Below, one piece after another: positions 26,413 to 39,430 of a DNA stretch of 64,000 bases. The translations under genes were made by a program, and so were the position numbers. This DNA is from Takakia lepidozioides (Eukaryota; Plantae; Bryophyta): positions 46,748,001 to 46,812,000 of the forward strand of contig CM060733.1 of the NCBI GenBank assembly GCA_030704615.1, read 5' to 3'. The number at the start of each line of letters is the position of its first letter. The stretch's first letter is position 1. The notes under the pieces are model-generated. The model had not been told where the DNA came from and did no database searches. It worked only from the letters and a program-made list of their open reading frames with translations.

Positions 26413-27990
26413 TTAAGCTGGATCGATAATGGTGTAAGTCGGTGTGAATGGGAAAACTCTCACTTCCGGGAACTCGCCACTTTCATCGACCTCTTCTTCG
26501 TCACTGTCTGAATCATCTGCGTGATTGTATAAAATGATTTCATTGTCGTGGCCCGGGCCACTCCCTCAATGTTGTCATCACTGCTGTCGCAGCTCCCTCT
26601 GTCTCCCTCAGTGTCACTGTTTTCGCAGCTCCCTCTAGTGTCTCCCTCGGTCATCACTGTTTTCCCAGCTCCATCAGAGCTGTCTTCCTCATCGCAGGTA
26701 GAGCTCCGTCCGTCACTGCTGTCACTGTCGCCATCATCTTCGTCTCCCCCAATATGATCACGAATCGGACAAGGCTCTATCCACTCGAGTGTCCAGTCCA
26801 ACATATTGCAAATGCATGCGGTCCGTCCAGACCTGCTCATTATGACAATCTGCTCTTTGTAGCAGAAACACGTGAATGTCCTCATGAACTTTGCATCATG
26901 GGTGGCATCCCGATTGCCATGAGTCCTGTCAAAGCGCTCAAAGTCCTTCCAAAACCTGCTGAGATTGTCATCCTTGAATTGTGCGATGCTAAGCCAGGGA
27001 AGATCTTGACTGACTAGATTGGGAAGATCTAGTTGATAGACGTCTACAGAGTGTTTTTGTATCTCCACCTTGATAAGCTGGCCTCCGTAATTGGCCAACA
27101 TTGGATAGACATAACCCTCCTTCAAGTCTGTAGAGTGGAACACCGTTTCCCATAGCCCAGTTTCTATATTGAATGACAGCAACTTTTCAACACTGCTATC
27201 GAGGACGTATAACGTTTGTTCACATACTGCGCTAATGTCGTCAATGAAGTACCTCCTCTTTTGCCATGGAATATTACAGTTGCAATTGAAGTGTCTGCTC
27301 ATCCAGGATCGGCCTTCTGCGCCCTCAGGGCCCACTAATAACTGCCCAGTCTCCTGTCTGGGAACGGTAAACGTGTGTTCGGTAACCTTCTTGATTGCAG
27401 CAAGGGCATGAGCGCTGATACTGCCCTACCACCACAAGCTTGTATGAGCGGGTTGCGTCGTCAAAGAACAGTGCATGGGTCTCACCCAGCATTGTGGGCC
27501 CGTTTGCTAGAGCCAGTGCGCAAAACGGCCTGGATTCAGGACTCGGCGTCCATTTTGCAACAGGCAGTTTTCTGACTTTTTGTGTCATCGGGTTTACTAC
27601 CCAATATTGAGAGGGAAATTGTTGGGTAGTGTAACAGATGAATCCTCCAGCGGTAGCCACTGGACTCACTGCCATAGCATCCAGGCCCATATTGTCCAAG
27701 TTCGGCATGGTGCCCCACTCCTTGGATACAAGATTGAGACTGCACCCTCGCCGTTGCTTCGCTTTCACAGGGAGAACAAGGCCGAATGCATCCAAACCAC
27801 ATGTTTTAAACATTTCTGTATCCTCTTGTGTCCCTCTGAACGCTTTGCAGGTTGGGAAGGTCCTACAAATATCTTGGAGCGACCACCGGGCCATACACGC
27901 CTGCAGAGTCCTGGCGATGTCTGTGGAGATTTCCAGTTCCTGCTCCACGGATGTACTGGGCCCTGCAAATGATTTCGATGATTTCCTCAT
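26413..27990 (-). pseudogene. F-box/kelch-like paralog with frameshifts
   Basis: Near identical to 36706-38346 but with an extra G at ~27330 (AGTGGGCC vs AGTGGCC) and a 1-nt deletion at ~26560; ancestral stop at 26413. Confidence 0.88.
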
Positions 27991-30973
27991 GAATGTACAT
28001 AGTTAGCACGTTGAATGCATGCATGCATGCTCCATGTTCTGGTCTGCTGATCAGTATATTCTATCTGCAATGTTCGTACTGTTACCTATATCATAGTGTG
28101 ATTTGCTCATAATATATACAGGACACACAAGGCACATCTCAACTTGGGGGAACTGCTGGGCCGCAACCTCTGGGCAAGCTCTAACCAGCTTTCTGCCCTG
28201 TCAGCCAAGCGGTTTCTATTCTATCTAGCACTTCAGTCTGATTTTCGCAGCTCCTTTAGTTTCATTGCTTCTTCTCTAGTTTTCCCCTCCCCCCTGCTCT
28301 TGCTTGGCTCTGATTCCACAGAGTTCGATCGCCCCAAATGAATTCCAAAGGACTCTGTCCTTCTCTCCCATTTGGTTTTTGTAAAAAAATAAATACAGTG
28401 GTACTGACCTCTTATATTGATTTTCACGACCAGCATTTTGACTAGTTGATGGCCCAGACCCATTACCAGCTCGCAACAATGCTGCAGCAACGTAATATTC
28501 CCTACAGTACATGCACAAGAAGAGATGAGGTTAGTCTTGGCTGGAGAGCTCCTACTGTGAAGAGTAGGTCCACGTCTGAACACATCAAGGACGTCTTAGG
28601 GGTAGAAAACATGTCTGACCAGATCCGACTGAAGACTTTCATACACCAACGGTCTACACTCTTAAGACACTCGAGATAGACACTGGCAATTCCTTAATAG
28701 AGCAAGTGAATATGCAAAATGCATGATCATAGCAAAACAAAAAAATCTGCATACTTTGAATCTAATGCATACCAAATATAGAACAAGTTCAAGAGAGTAA
28801 ACTTTAGGAGAAATCAGAATGCAGAGGAACAGCAATCAGCTGGGGAGATAACAACTAGCAAGTGTCAAGAGTCCTGATCTAGTTGCAGGGAAGAAGTAGC
28901 CGGATAATATGATCAGTCAAGTGCTTGCAAGCAAATACTATACATCTGGTAAAAGCATTAGGAACGAATAGAATGAATACATACATGTAGAAATCTCCAC
29001 CGACTGATGAGTACGAAGACGGACTAGTGTATAAGCCAAATGATAGACCGATGGGCCACCCACCACCAAAATGTTGCGAAAGCTAAAGTGGATCAAACTT
29101 TAGGAAGAATAACCACAAAGAGTTGGGAAGATGCGAGCGATTGAAGAGGCCTAAGCCCTCACAGTTGATTTCTAATTGGCACACAGATGAACAAAGATCA
29201 GCTGAGTCGGTGTGACGCCGAACTCACAGTGGATGCCTAATTTGCACAGTGATTGCGCGACAGCTGATACTTAACTCGGAACCAGCGGTGCGAAGCGATC
29301 TGCGAAATTCACCTGGTTTGATGCCTAATTTGCACAGAGATCAGCGTGACAGTAGCTTAATCGCACAGAGCTGCGAGATAGCTGCACAGAGCTCGTGACA
29401 GTTGAAGCTTAATTCGCACACAGCTCTAGCGATCGGTTGTTTCGCACACAACTGGGAGTGGATCTAGAAGAGATCAGCGCTATTGCGAGAAGCTTCCGCC
29501 CACGAAATGGATGCAATGCGCGACAAAGATTAGCGATTGCGTTTCACAAGCCTAATGTTGAGCAAATCGAAGCTCCTGACAGTTGAAGAGCTCGTGACAG
29601 TTGAAGCTTAATTCGCACACAGCTGCACAGAGCTGATCAGCGGAGTCCGTGTGCAGCGCGATGGGTTGTTTCGCACACAACTGGGATTCGATAGAACAGA
29701 TCAGCGATATTGCGAGAAGCTTCGGCCCACGAAATGCATGCAATGCGCGCGATCGCGTTTCGCAAGCCTAATCTTGAGCAAGCAAATTGGTCTGATCGCG
29801 TACGCAGGCAAAGCAGCTCGCAAGGTGAGCGATGGCTCAACGGACGTGCTTATCACAACAAGCGGCAGATCGCAGAGTCCCTCACTTCAGACTGCTGCTC
29901 TCTATACCTCTGCCAGAGAGCACCACTGATTACTCACACACACATCCATTTACTAAGTGTTTGCACATGTATTGTTTGTCGTCCGGGATTTGAGCCCACA
30001 ATCACCTCTGCTGCGCCCCCACCGCCTTAACAGCTATTTAACTAATTAGTTACTGTTGTAATAGAGCTGGGTGTGGGGTGAGCCCGATAATTGGGGCCAG
30101 TTGAGTTACCGCGACGGAATTACACAGCTGCCATCAAATTACCTTCCTTAACTTCCACGCCGCGTCCAAATCAACTCTATTTTAGTGCGCACTTTTCAGA
30201 GTGTATAAAATATCCGGTAACTTCCACACGTGTGGGCCCAACAGAGCGACATTGATTACTTGCGGCAGGCAACGTGCCTTTTGTCGTCTTCTCACTGTGC
30301 ACTCACTCCGCCCTTTTTGTCGGGCACGCCTGCAAAGGCTGCAGTGGGTGGTAGAAGGATGGCACGTTGCTGTGGTGTATGCCGGGATTTGAGCCTGGAA
30401 TCATCACTTCCATGGCAGTCCAGGGGTAGCCAGAATTCGAACCCAGAACCACCCAGCCACCCACGCACTTTTGGTGCAATGGCCAAGTAGTCAACTGTGG
30501 GCACCATTCTGACTTTGTTTGGTGCGGTCGGTCAACTGCATGTGGATGAGAGATGACTGGAATATTCACCTTCATCCAACTAAAGATCATCCGTTGGGAG
30601 AGTTGTGCAAAGTGGTGCCGAAAGGTTGAGGATAAGGTGGATGGTGGATGGATGAAGATGACGAGATTGTGGGGACATGCATCCGCGTGGAAGGCACATG
30701 AGCGGGATGGGGGTGTGCGGGGATTGCTATGGCTAATCAAGCAAGAGAAGCAGGGGATGGGGCATGGGGCAGGCCACAACAAGTAAGTGAGGGCTCTGTA
30801 ACCCCACTGGGATGGTACCACCTCCACACATTTTACACGCGTTCGCTTGGTCGGTGAGTTGTCAGAGTAGGTGTCAGAGGGATAGAGTGGAATGATGGAT
30901 GAATGCTCGCCATCTTTCCACAGTCCATCATCCATCACTTTGCTGACCGTGTTGTTGACTGCCAAGTATGTAA

Positions 30974-31330
30974 GAGCATGCCCAGCAGAGGCTCACTAAA
31001 CTGCCGCGCTATCACTATGCTGGTGAGGCGTATGGTGAGGGAGGCAAGTTAGATAGCGCGTGCTGGCAAGAGCCCCACCAGCAATGCACCATAACCAAAG
31101 GGGAGTAATGGTGCAGGCTTAGGTGACCATGGGCCCCGCCGCTTAGCGGTAGGTAGGGGGGGGGGGGAATTGCCACACACCAAAGGGCAGGAAGAAAGCG
31201 TGGGAGTGCACGATTTTTGGTGAGGCTCACCATTTTGAAGCGCTTGGAGGTGGAGGTGGAGGTGCTGCTGGGGATGCGCGATCTCGGCGGCCGCGCTATG
31301 TTGATGATAGCGCGCCTGCTGGGCATGCTC
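30974..31330. mobile_element. PIF/Harbinger (Tourist-like) MITE, 357 bp
   Basis: 15-bp TIR GAGCATGCCCAGCAG, TAA on both sides; empty site in the paralogous copy at ~12055. Confidence 0.92.
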
Positions 31331-31489
31331 TAACTACTGTGCTCTAACTTATGTGTACAAATGTGCAATGGAGATTCCAAGAGACACTATTTTCTTTTGT
31401 TAGTTATGACAATCCCACGGTAGTCTTTTTTTGTTTTGTTTTTTTTCTTTTTTTTTTAGAGAACAGGGGGATTGCCAGTAGCCCTGTGA

Positions 31490-32790
31490 AACTTTATTAA
31501 GAAGGTAAGGAAAAAATAACGAATATGTTGAGGGTGATGGACCCAATATTTACAAGCAGCAGCATCACCAAAGAACTGAATTTACATGAAGGTAACATTA
31601 CTGACATGTAGTAGCTGCAATATAGCCAGTTTTCCCCCAACATTTACCCCAAATGATCTGCAGATTCCCACCGTCGGATTCAAAAGATCTTATGATCAGT
31701 AGGAATTTGATCACAAGCCATTGAACGCAATAAATCTAACGGTGAGCATGGTATTGTCAAGTCAAGCATTTGACGGCCGATGGGATTGTCAGACAAACCC
31801 ACTGGAACACCGGGTAGTAGAGGGCACGTAGGCCGTGGAAGGGGTGGGCGACCCAGCCTACATCAGGCAGGCAGAGTGAACAGTGAGGGGAAGGGCGGAA
31901 GCCACGTCTATAGCGCCCATGATAGCGCTGGGTGTTGTGCAGAAGTAGACCCTCGGAAACTCATATTCCACAGCCCCAACCTGAACCTTATTGAGACACA
32001 TAGCCATGTTTGATTTGAAGATCAAACATATCACCAGATTCTGGACCAAAGATGGTAGTCAGAAACTCACCCTAACCCTACCTCTAATCTTGAATAACCC
32101 ACCCTCCATACACACAACACTCAGAAATAGTGTGACTAAAATTTGAAAACTAAGAACATGACACAAACCAGGGCTCCCAGAAGCTATTTTACAGTGATTG
32201 AACAGCTGATAACCCTCCCCCACTTCTGGCCAGCAACATCTGGACTCCACCCTTGGCTCAGAAGGGATCACTTTTCATCTATACATTACATTCCATCAGC
32301 AGTTTATGAAATGCAGCAAGCCAATAAGCCAATACATTCCAATAGGAGCTTGACTAAGCTGTAGTCAAGCAGGGTTAAACTCTTACTGGACGAAGTTTAA
32401 TGATACTAAGGAAAATCGAAATTGAAGAACACTTCTTCTATCCAATATGAGAGCCATAAAGCCAACGAATATAAACTTACTGAAATCTACAATCCTAACA
32501 TCACCATTGAGTTCACAATTATTATGTGTCCCCCAGACTAGATTCCTCTTGGCCTCACATTTGACTATTTTTGGGTGCTAAAACAATGAAATCTTACTAT
32601 GTCTAGCCTTGGTTTCAACATTTCCGAGCTCCTACATGCCCGTAGCCTGAACATCTGAGACCAGACGGATGCAGGGCACTACGCCCAATTGATTGTAGTA
32701 ACAGCAAGGTCTCGTAAGCACCAAGACCCCTAGACTAGCATCCAATTCTCTCACTTCTCAACATACACACACAGCTCAAAGCCAACGCCA
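31490..32790 (-). mobile_element. Possible degenerate LINE ORF2 3' fragment
   Basis: GGLG motif (~32730) and a CSLC...HPF zinc-finger-like remnant (~31850-31890); many stops. Confidence 0.35.
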
Positions 32791-35700
32791 ATGCTCCTTA
32801 CAGCACCAGCACAGAAATCAACATCGAACCAATTTCAAGCCCAAAAAATCGCAAACCCCCACACGCATATGGACCTCACAATTCTGTTCAATTTCCCTAC
32901 AATGGGTAAGCAAATTGAAACCAAATTCTGCATGAACCTACAAGCTTATGATGTTGGCCACATTCTCCTATTTTTCAAAAAAATTGCGTCGGATTTTGGC
33001 ATACCTCCTTTCTATTCATGTGGAGGGGATCAGCATTGCATTGTCTACACTTTGCCACCTTTTTGAGTTTAGGAAATTCTTTGCAGGCATGCTCCCTCTA
33101 GGAAACCCCCTTAGACAGTCACCCATTATTTCACAGGGCTTATCCAATCCCCTCTCAGCCCCTGGGCAGCCGTTGAAGAGTTATGGTGCTCAAGATGAGA
33201 AAACCTAAATGGGCAGTTAGGGGGGGGGGGGGGGGGGGGACTTTAGCGGTTGCCAAGTACAAGAGTTGCGATCAGCGTTCTTTATGCTGGCGAACTTTTG
33301 CCTAAAGGCTCCTTTTTTTCCGGGCTCCTACCTCATTAAGCAAAAATGAAGCCATTTAATTCCAGTCTGGGGAGATGAACAGAGGATGTTCCCAGAAAAC
33401 CCGTATGACTGCCACCGTGGACCTGTTAAAATGTGCCACTTGTCATCTAGCGACCTTCTCGAAGTGTCAGCTCATTTTTTTTGCCACCTATGGCGGTGGT
33501 AAAATACACAGGTGGCCACTTGAGCTAAAAAAAAAAAAAAAAACGCTGGTTGCGATCGATCGCTAATGCAATTTGAAAGCTAGCTCAGAGTGTAACCTTG
33601 TTTCTCTGCCTTTATGGCGTATTTTTCCTTACTTTTTTTAAGAAGTTTCATTGGGCTACAATCCCCTGTTCTCTAAAAAGAAAAAAGAAAAAAGAACTAC
33701 GCTGGGATTGTCATAACTAACAAAAGAAAATAGTGTCTCTTGGAATCTCCATAGCACATTTCTACACAAAAGTAGATATTTTGGGGTACATAACACAGTC
33801 AGCAAGTGATGGATGATGGACTGTGGAAGGATGATGAGCATTCATCCATGATTCCACCATATCCCTCTGACACCTACTCTGACAACCACCGACCAAGCAA
33901 CAAAGACGTGAGTAAAATGTATGTGTGGAGGCGGCACCATCCCAGTGGGGTTACAGAGGCATCACTTTTACTTTGTTCGTTGGCCTGCCCCTGCCCCCTC
34001 TGCTCTCTTGCTTTATTAGCCATCGCAATCCCCACACACCCTCCATCCCGCTCATGCCTATCCACGCGGATGCATGTCCCCACAATCATCTTCATCCATC
34101 CACCATCCACCTTATCCTCAACCTTTCGGCATCCACTGCACAACTCTCCCAACGGATGATCTTTAGTTGGATGAAGGTGAATATTCCAGTCATCTCTCAT
34201 CCACATGCAGTTGACCGACCGCACCAAACAAAGTCAGAATGGTGCCCACAGTTGACTACTTGTGCCATTGCACCAAAAGTGCGTGGGTGGCTGGGTGGTT
34301 CTGGGTTCGAATTCTGGCTACCCCTGGACTGCCATGGAAGTGATGATTCCAGGCTCAAATCCCGGCATACACCACAGCACGTGCCATCCTTCTACCCCCA
34401 CTGCAGCCTTTGCAGGCGTGCCCGACAAAAAGGGCGGAGTGAGTGCACAAGTGAGAAGACGACAAAAGGCACGTTGCCTGCCGCAAGTATCAATGTCGCT
34501 CTGTTGGGCCCACACGTGTGGAAGTTACACGGATATTTTACACTCTGAAAAGTGCGCACTAAAATTAGAGTTGAGATTGGAAGCGGCGTGGAAGTTAAGG
34601 AAGGTAATTTGATGGCAGCTGTGTAATTCCGTCGCGGTAACTCAAGTGGCCCCAATTATCGGGCTCACCCCCACACCCAGCTCTATTACAACTGTAACTA
34701 ATTAGTTAAATAGCTGTTAAGGCAGTGGGGGCGCAGCAGAGGTGATTGTGGGCTCAAATCCCGGACCAAAAACAATACATGTGCAAAATATTTACCCGGG
34801 TGGTAAATGGATGTGTGTGCGAGTAAGTCTTCGCGCTCTGGGGCAGAGGGTATAAAGAGAGCGATGAGTGTGGAGGGATGAGCGAGCAGCAGTCTGAAGT
34901 GAGGGACTCTGCGATCTGCGCTTGTTGTGATAAGCACGTCCGTTGCGCCATCGCTCACCTTGCGAGCTGCTTTGCCTTTCCTGCGTACGCGATCGTGTGC
35001 TCAAGATTTGCTTGCGAAACGCGATCGCTAATCTTTGTCGCGCATTGCATCCATTTCGCGGGCGGAAGCTTCTCGCAATATCGCTGATCTGTTCTATCCA
35101 ATCCCAGTTGTGTGCGAAACAACCGATCGCTTCACACGACTCGGTTGATCAGCTCTGTGCAGCTGTGTGCGAATTAAGCTTCAACTGTCACGAGCTTCGA
35201 TTTGCGTGCTTAAGATTAGGCTTGTGAAACGCAATCGCTAGTCTTTGTCGCGCATTGCATCCATTTCGTGGGCGGAAGCTTCTCGCAATATCGCTGATCT
35301 CTTCTATTCAATCCCAGTTGTGTGCGAAACAAACGATCGCTTCACACGGACTCGGCTGATCAGCTCTGTGCAGCTGTGTGCGAATTAAGCTTCAACTGTC
35401 ACGAGCTCTGTGCAGCTATCTCCCAGCTCTGTGTGATTAAGCTTCAACTGTCACACTGATCTCTGTGCCAACTAGGCATCAAACCAGGTGAATTTTGCAG
35501 ATCGCTTCGCACCGCTGGTCCCTGCGCGAGTTAAGTATCAGCTCTCGTGCTATCACTGTGCAAATTAGGCATCAACTGTGAGGGCTTAGGCTTCTTCAAT
35601 CGCTCGCATCTTCCCAAGTCTTCGTGGTTATTCTTCCTAACATCCACTTTAGCTTGATCAACTTCAGCTTTCCCAACATTCTGGTTGTGGGTGGCCCATC

Positions 35701-36705
35701 GGTTTATCACTTGGCTTTATACACCAGTTCGTCTTCGTACTCATCAGTTTCTGTGGAGATTTCAACATGTATGTATTCATTCTATTCTTTCCTAATGCTT
35801 TTACCAGATGTATAGTATTTGCAAGCACTGGACTGATCATATTATCCGGCCGCTTCTTCCCTCCAACTAGATCAGGACTCTTGGCACTTACGGGTTGTTA
35901 TCTCCCCAGCTGATTGTTGTTCGTCTGCATTCTGATTTCTGCTTTTACTCATGGACTTGCTCTACATTTGGTATGCATTAGATTCATTGTATACATGCAG
36001 ATTTGTTTGTTTTGCTATTATCATGAACATTTCGCATATGTTCACTTGCTCTATAAAGGAACTGCCAGTGTCTATCTGGAGTGTCTTAAGAGTGTAGACC
36101 TTTTAGTGTACATGAAAGTCTTCACAGTCACAAATGTGTTGGACATTTTTCTATCCCTAAAACGTCCTTGATGTGTTCAGACGTCCTACTCTTCATTGTA
36201 GAAGCTCTCGAGCCAAGTATTACAACTAGCCTCATCTCTTCTTGTGCATGTATAGGGAACATTACGTTGCTGCAGCATTACTGGAGTTGCGAGCTGGTAA
36301 TGGGTCTGGCCCATCAACTAGTCAAAATGCAGGTCGTGAGAATGAATATAAGAGGTCAGTACCACTGTATTCATTTTTTTCTTAAAACCAAATGGGACAG
36401 AAGAACAGAGTCCTTTGAAATTCAATTGGGGCGATCGACTCTGTGGAAATCAGAGCCAAACAAGAGCAGGGGGCAGGGAAAACTAGAGAAGAAGCAATGA
36501 AACTAAAGGACCTGCGAAAACAGACTGAAGTGCTAGATAGAATAGAAACCGCGTGGCTGATAGGGCAGGAAACTGGTTAGAGCTCGCCAGAGCTTGCGGC
36601 GCAGCAGTTCCTCCAAGTTTAGGTGCGCCTTCTGTGCCCTGTCAGAATATGATATAGATCACAGTACGAACATTGCAGATAATAAACTGATCAGCAGACC
36701 AGAAC

Positions 36706-38346
36706 ATGGAGCATGCAGAACAACAAGTTAAGAAAATTAACTATGTATTCACCAGGAAATCATCGGAAATCTTTTGCAGGGCACGCTCAACTAGGCCCCG
36801 TACATCCGCGGAGCAGGAACTGGACCTCTCCGCAGACATTGTCAGGAATCTGCAGGCGTGTATGACCGGGTGGTCGCTTCAGGACATATGTAAGACCTTC
36901 CCAACCTGCAAAGCGTTCAAAGGGACGCAAGAGGATACAAAAATGTTTAAAACATGTGGTTTGGATGCATTCGGCCTTGTTCTCCCTGTGAAAGCCAAGC
37001 AACGGCGAGGGTGCAGTCTCAATCTTGTATCCAAGGAGTGGGGCACCATGCCGAACTTGGACAATATGGGCCTGGATGCTATGGCAGTGAGTCCAGTGGC
37101 TACCGCTGGAGGATTCATCTGTTACACTACCCAACAATTTCCCTCTCAATATTGGGTAGTAAACCCGATGACACAAAAAGTCAGAAAACTGCCAGTTGCA
37201 AAATGGACGCCGAGTCCTGAATCCAGGCCGTTTTGCGCACTGGCTCTAGCAAACGGGCCCACAATGCTGGGTGAGACCCATGCACTGTTCTTTGACGACG
37301 CAACCCGCTCATACAAGCTTGTGGTGGTAGGGCAGTATCAGCGCTCATGCCCTTGCTGCAATCAAGAAGGTTACCGAACACACGTTTACCATTCCCAGAC
37401 AGGAGACTGGGCAGTTATTAGTGGCCCTGAGGGCGCAGAAGGCCGATCCTGGATGAGCAGACACTTCAATTGCAACTGTAATATTCCATGGCAAAAGAGG
37501 AGGTACTTCATTGACGACATTAGCGCAGTATGTGAACAAACGTTATACGTCCTCGATAGCAGTGTTGAAAAGTTGCTGTCATTCAATATAGAAACTGGGC
37601 TATGGGAAACGGTGTTCCACTCTACAGACTTGAAGGAGGGTTATGTCTATCCAATGTTGGCCAATTACGGAGGCCAGCTTATCAAGGTGGAGATACAAAA
37701 ACACTCTGTAGACGTCTATCAACTAGATCTTCCCAATCTAGTCAGTCAAGATCTTCCCTGGCTGAGCATCGCACAATTCAAGGATGACAATCTCAGCAGG
37801 TTTTGGAAGGACTTTAAGCGCTTTGACAGGACTCATGGCAATCGGGATGCCACCCATGATGCAAAGTTCATGAGGACATTCACGTGTTTCTGCTACAAAG
37901 AGCAGATTGTCATAATGAGCAGGTCTGGACGGACCGCATGCATTTGCAATATGTTGGACTGGACACTCGAGTGGATAGAGCCTTGTCCGATTCGTGATCA
38001 TATTGGGGGAGACGAAGAAGATGGCGACAGTGACAGCAGTGACGGACGGAGCTCTACCAGCGATGAGGAAGACAGCTCTGATGGAGCTGGGAAAACAGTG
38101 ATGACCGAGGGAGACACTAGAGGGAGCTGCGAAAACAGTGACACTGAGGGAGACAGAGGGAGCTCCGAAAGCAGTGATGACAACATTGAGGGAGATGGTC
38201 CGGGCAACGACAATGAAATCATTTTAATATACAATCACGCAGCTGATTCAGACAGTGACGAAGAAGAGGTCGATGAAAGTGGTGAGTTCCCGGAAGTGAG
38301 AGTTTTCCCATTCACACCGACTTACACCATTATCGATCCAGCTTAA
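36706..38346 (+). CDS. F-box/kelch (FBA-like) protein with a degenerate F-box and an acidic C-terminal insert, 546 aa, intronless
   Basis: Degenerate F-box DIVRNLQACM..WSLQDICKTFPTCKAF; ATAGGFICY...VVNPMTQKVRKLP; YKLVVV; VYHSQTGDW; LLSFNIETGLW; C-terminal FPFTP typical of plant F-box/kelch proteins. Confidence 0.75.
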   Translation: MEHAEQQVKKINYVFTRKSSEIFCRARSTRPRTSAEQELDLSADIVRNLQACMTGWSLQDICKTFPTCKAFKGTQEDTKMFKTCGLDAFGLVLPVKAKQRRGCSLNLVSKEWGTMPNLDNMGLDAMAVSPVATAGGFICYTTQQFPSQYWVVNPMTQKVRKLPVAKWTPSPESRPFCALALANGPTMLGETHALFFDDATRSYKLVVVGQYQRSCPCCNQEGYRTHVYHSQTGDWAVISGPEGAEGRSWMSRHFNCNCNIPWQKRRYFIDDISAVCEQTLYVLDSSVEKLLSFNIETGLWETVFHSTDLKEGYVYPMLANYGGQLIKVEIQKHSVDVYQLDLPNLVSQDLPWLSIAQFKDDNLSRFWKDFKRFDRTHGNRDATHDAKFMRTFTCFCYKEQIVIMSRSGRTACICNMLDWTLEWIEPCPIRDHIGGDEEDGDSDSSDGRSSTSDEEDSSDGAGKTVMTEGDTRGSCENSDTEGDRGSSESSDDNIEGDGPGNDNEIILIYNHAADSDSDEEEVDESGEFPEVRVFPFTPTYTIIDPA

Positions 38347-38551
38347 CAGGCCGAATGTCTGCACTCATAGGCGACACTGCAACAACCTCTTAATTTCATC
38401 GACCTCAACCTTGGTCATGTGCACGGTCATCGATCCAACCAAACATGCCTCTGTCTCCCTCGGTCTTGCTTGGCATCCGGCACGTCGCAAATACAAGCAG
38501 GCCGACATGTTGCACAGATTGACAGAGAACACGGATATCTCTCGTAATCAT

Positions 38552-38700
38552 TTGCGTGATTGTATAAAATGATTTCATTGTCATGAAATTGTTGGATGGT
38601 GTAACAGATCAAGCCTCCAGCTGTAGCCACCGAGTCACTGCCATAGCATCGAGGCCCACCATCATCGATCCAACCAAACATCCCTTTGTCGCGTCAATGA
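38552..38700 (-). pseudogene. Antisense remnant of the same F-box gene in its 3' flank (equivalent at ~26060-26215)
   Basis: Revcomp matches ~37066-37141 and ~38208-38240. Confidence 0.85.
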
Positions 38701-38774
38701 CCAGCCCGGCATGTCGCAAATACAATCTCCGACATGTTGAACAGATTGCCAAAGAGCACGGATATCTCTCGTGA

Positions 38775-39430
38775 GGACTATCTCCCTCTCTGTCTCTCTT
38801 ATCGACCTCTCCCTCTCCTACAATCGCTCCGATCTACCTCTCTGTCTCTCTAATCGATCTCTCCCTCTCCTACTTACCTCTCCGTCTCTCTCCTACTTAC
38901 GATCTCTCCCTCTCTCCTACTTACCTCTCTGTCTCTCTACCGATCTCTCCCTCTCCTACTTACCTCTCCGTCTCTCTCCTACTTACGTTCTCTCCCCCTC
39001 TCCTACTTACCTCTCTGTCTCTCGCTATCGATCTCTCCCTCTCCTACTTACCTCTCTGTCTCTCGCTATCGATCTCTCCCTCTCTCCTACTTACCTCTCT
39101 GTCTCTCTACCGATCTCTCCCTCTCCTACTTACCTCTCCGTCTCTCTCCTACTTACGTTCTCTCCCCCTCTCCTACTTACCTCTCTGTCTCTCGCTATCG
39201 ATCTCTCCCTCTCTCCTACTTACCTCTCTGTCTCTCTACCGATCTCTCCCTCTCCTACTTACCTCTCCGTCTCTCTCCTACTTACGTTCTCTCCCCCTCT
39301 CCTACTTACCTCTCTGTCTCTCGCTATCGATCTCTCCCTCTCCTACTTACCTCTCTGTCTCTCGCTATCGATCTCTCCCTCTCCTACTTACCTCTCTGTC
39401 TCTCGCTATCGATCTCTCCCTCTCCTACTT
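38775..39430. repeat. TC/GA minisatellite, longest version, with higher-order repeats
   Basis: Same unit as 3000-3415 and 25845-25990. Confidence 0.95.

Larger units (their letters stand above)
25503..31475 (-). repeat. Copy 2 of the F-box unit; left arm of a ~6-kb inverted repeat
   Basis: Reverse-complement colinear with ~33655-39770. Confidence 0.9.

Noticed and set aside
33220-33239. G20 run (G-quadruplex potential)
   Set aside because: Simple homopolymer, only ~7 nt in the paralog and prone to sequencing error
33806-35227. Many short ORFs conserved in three places (also 10625-12110, 29552-30965)
   Set aside because: Conservation reflects recent duplication; open in several frames, broken by indels between copies, no domain recognised
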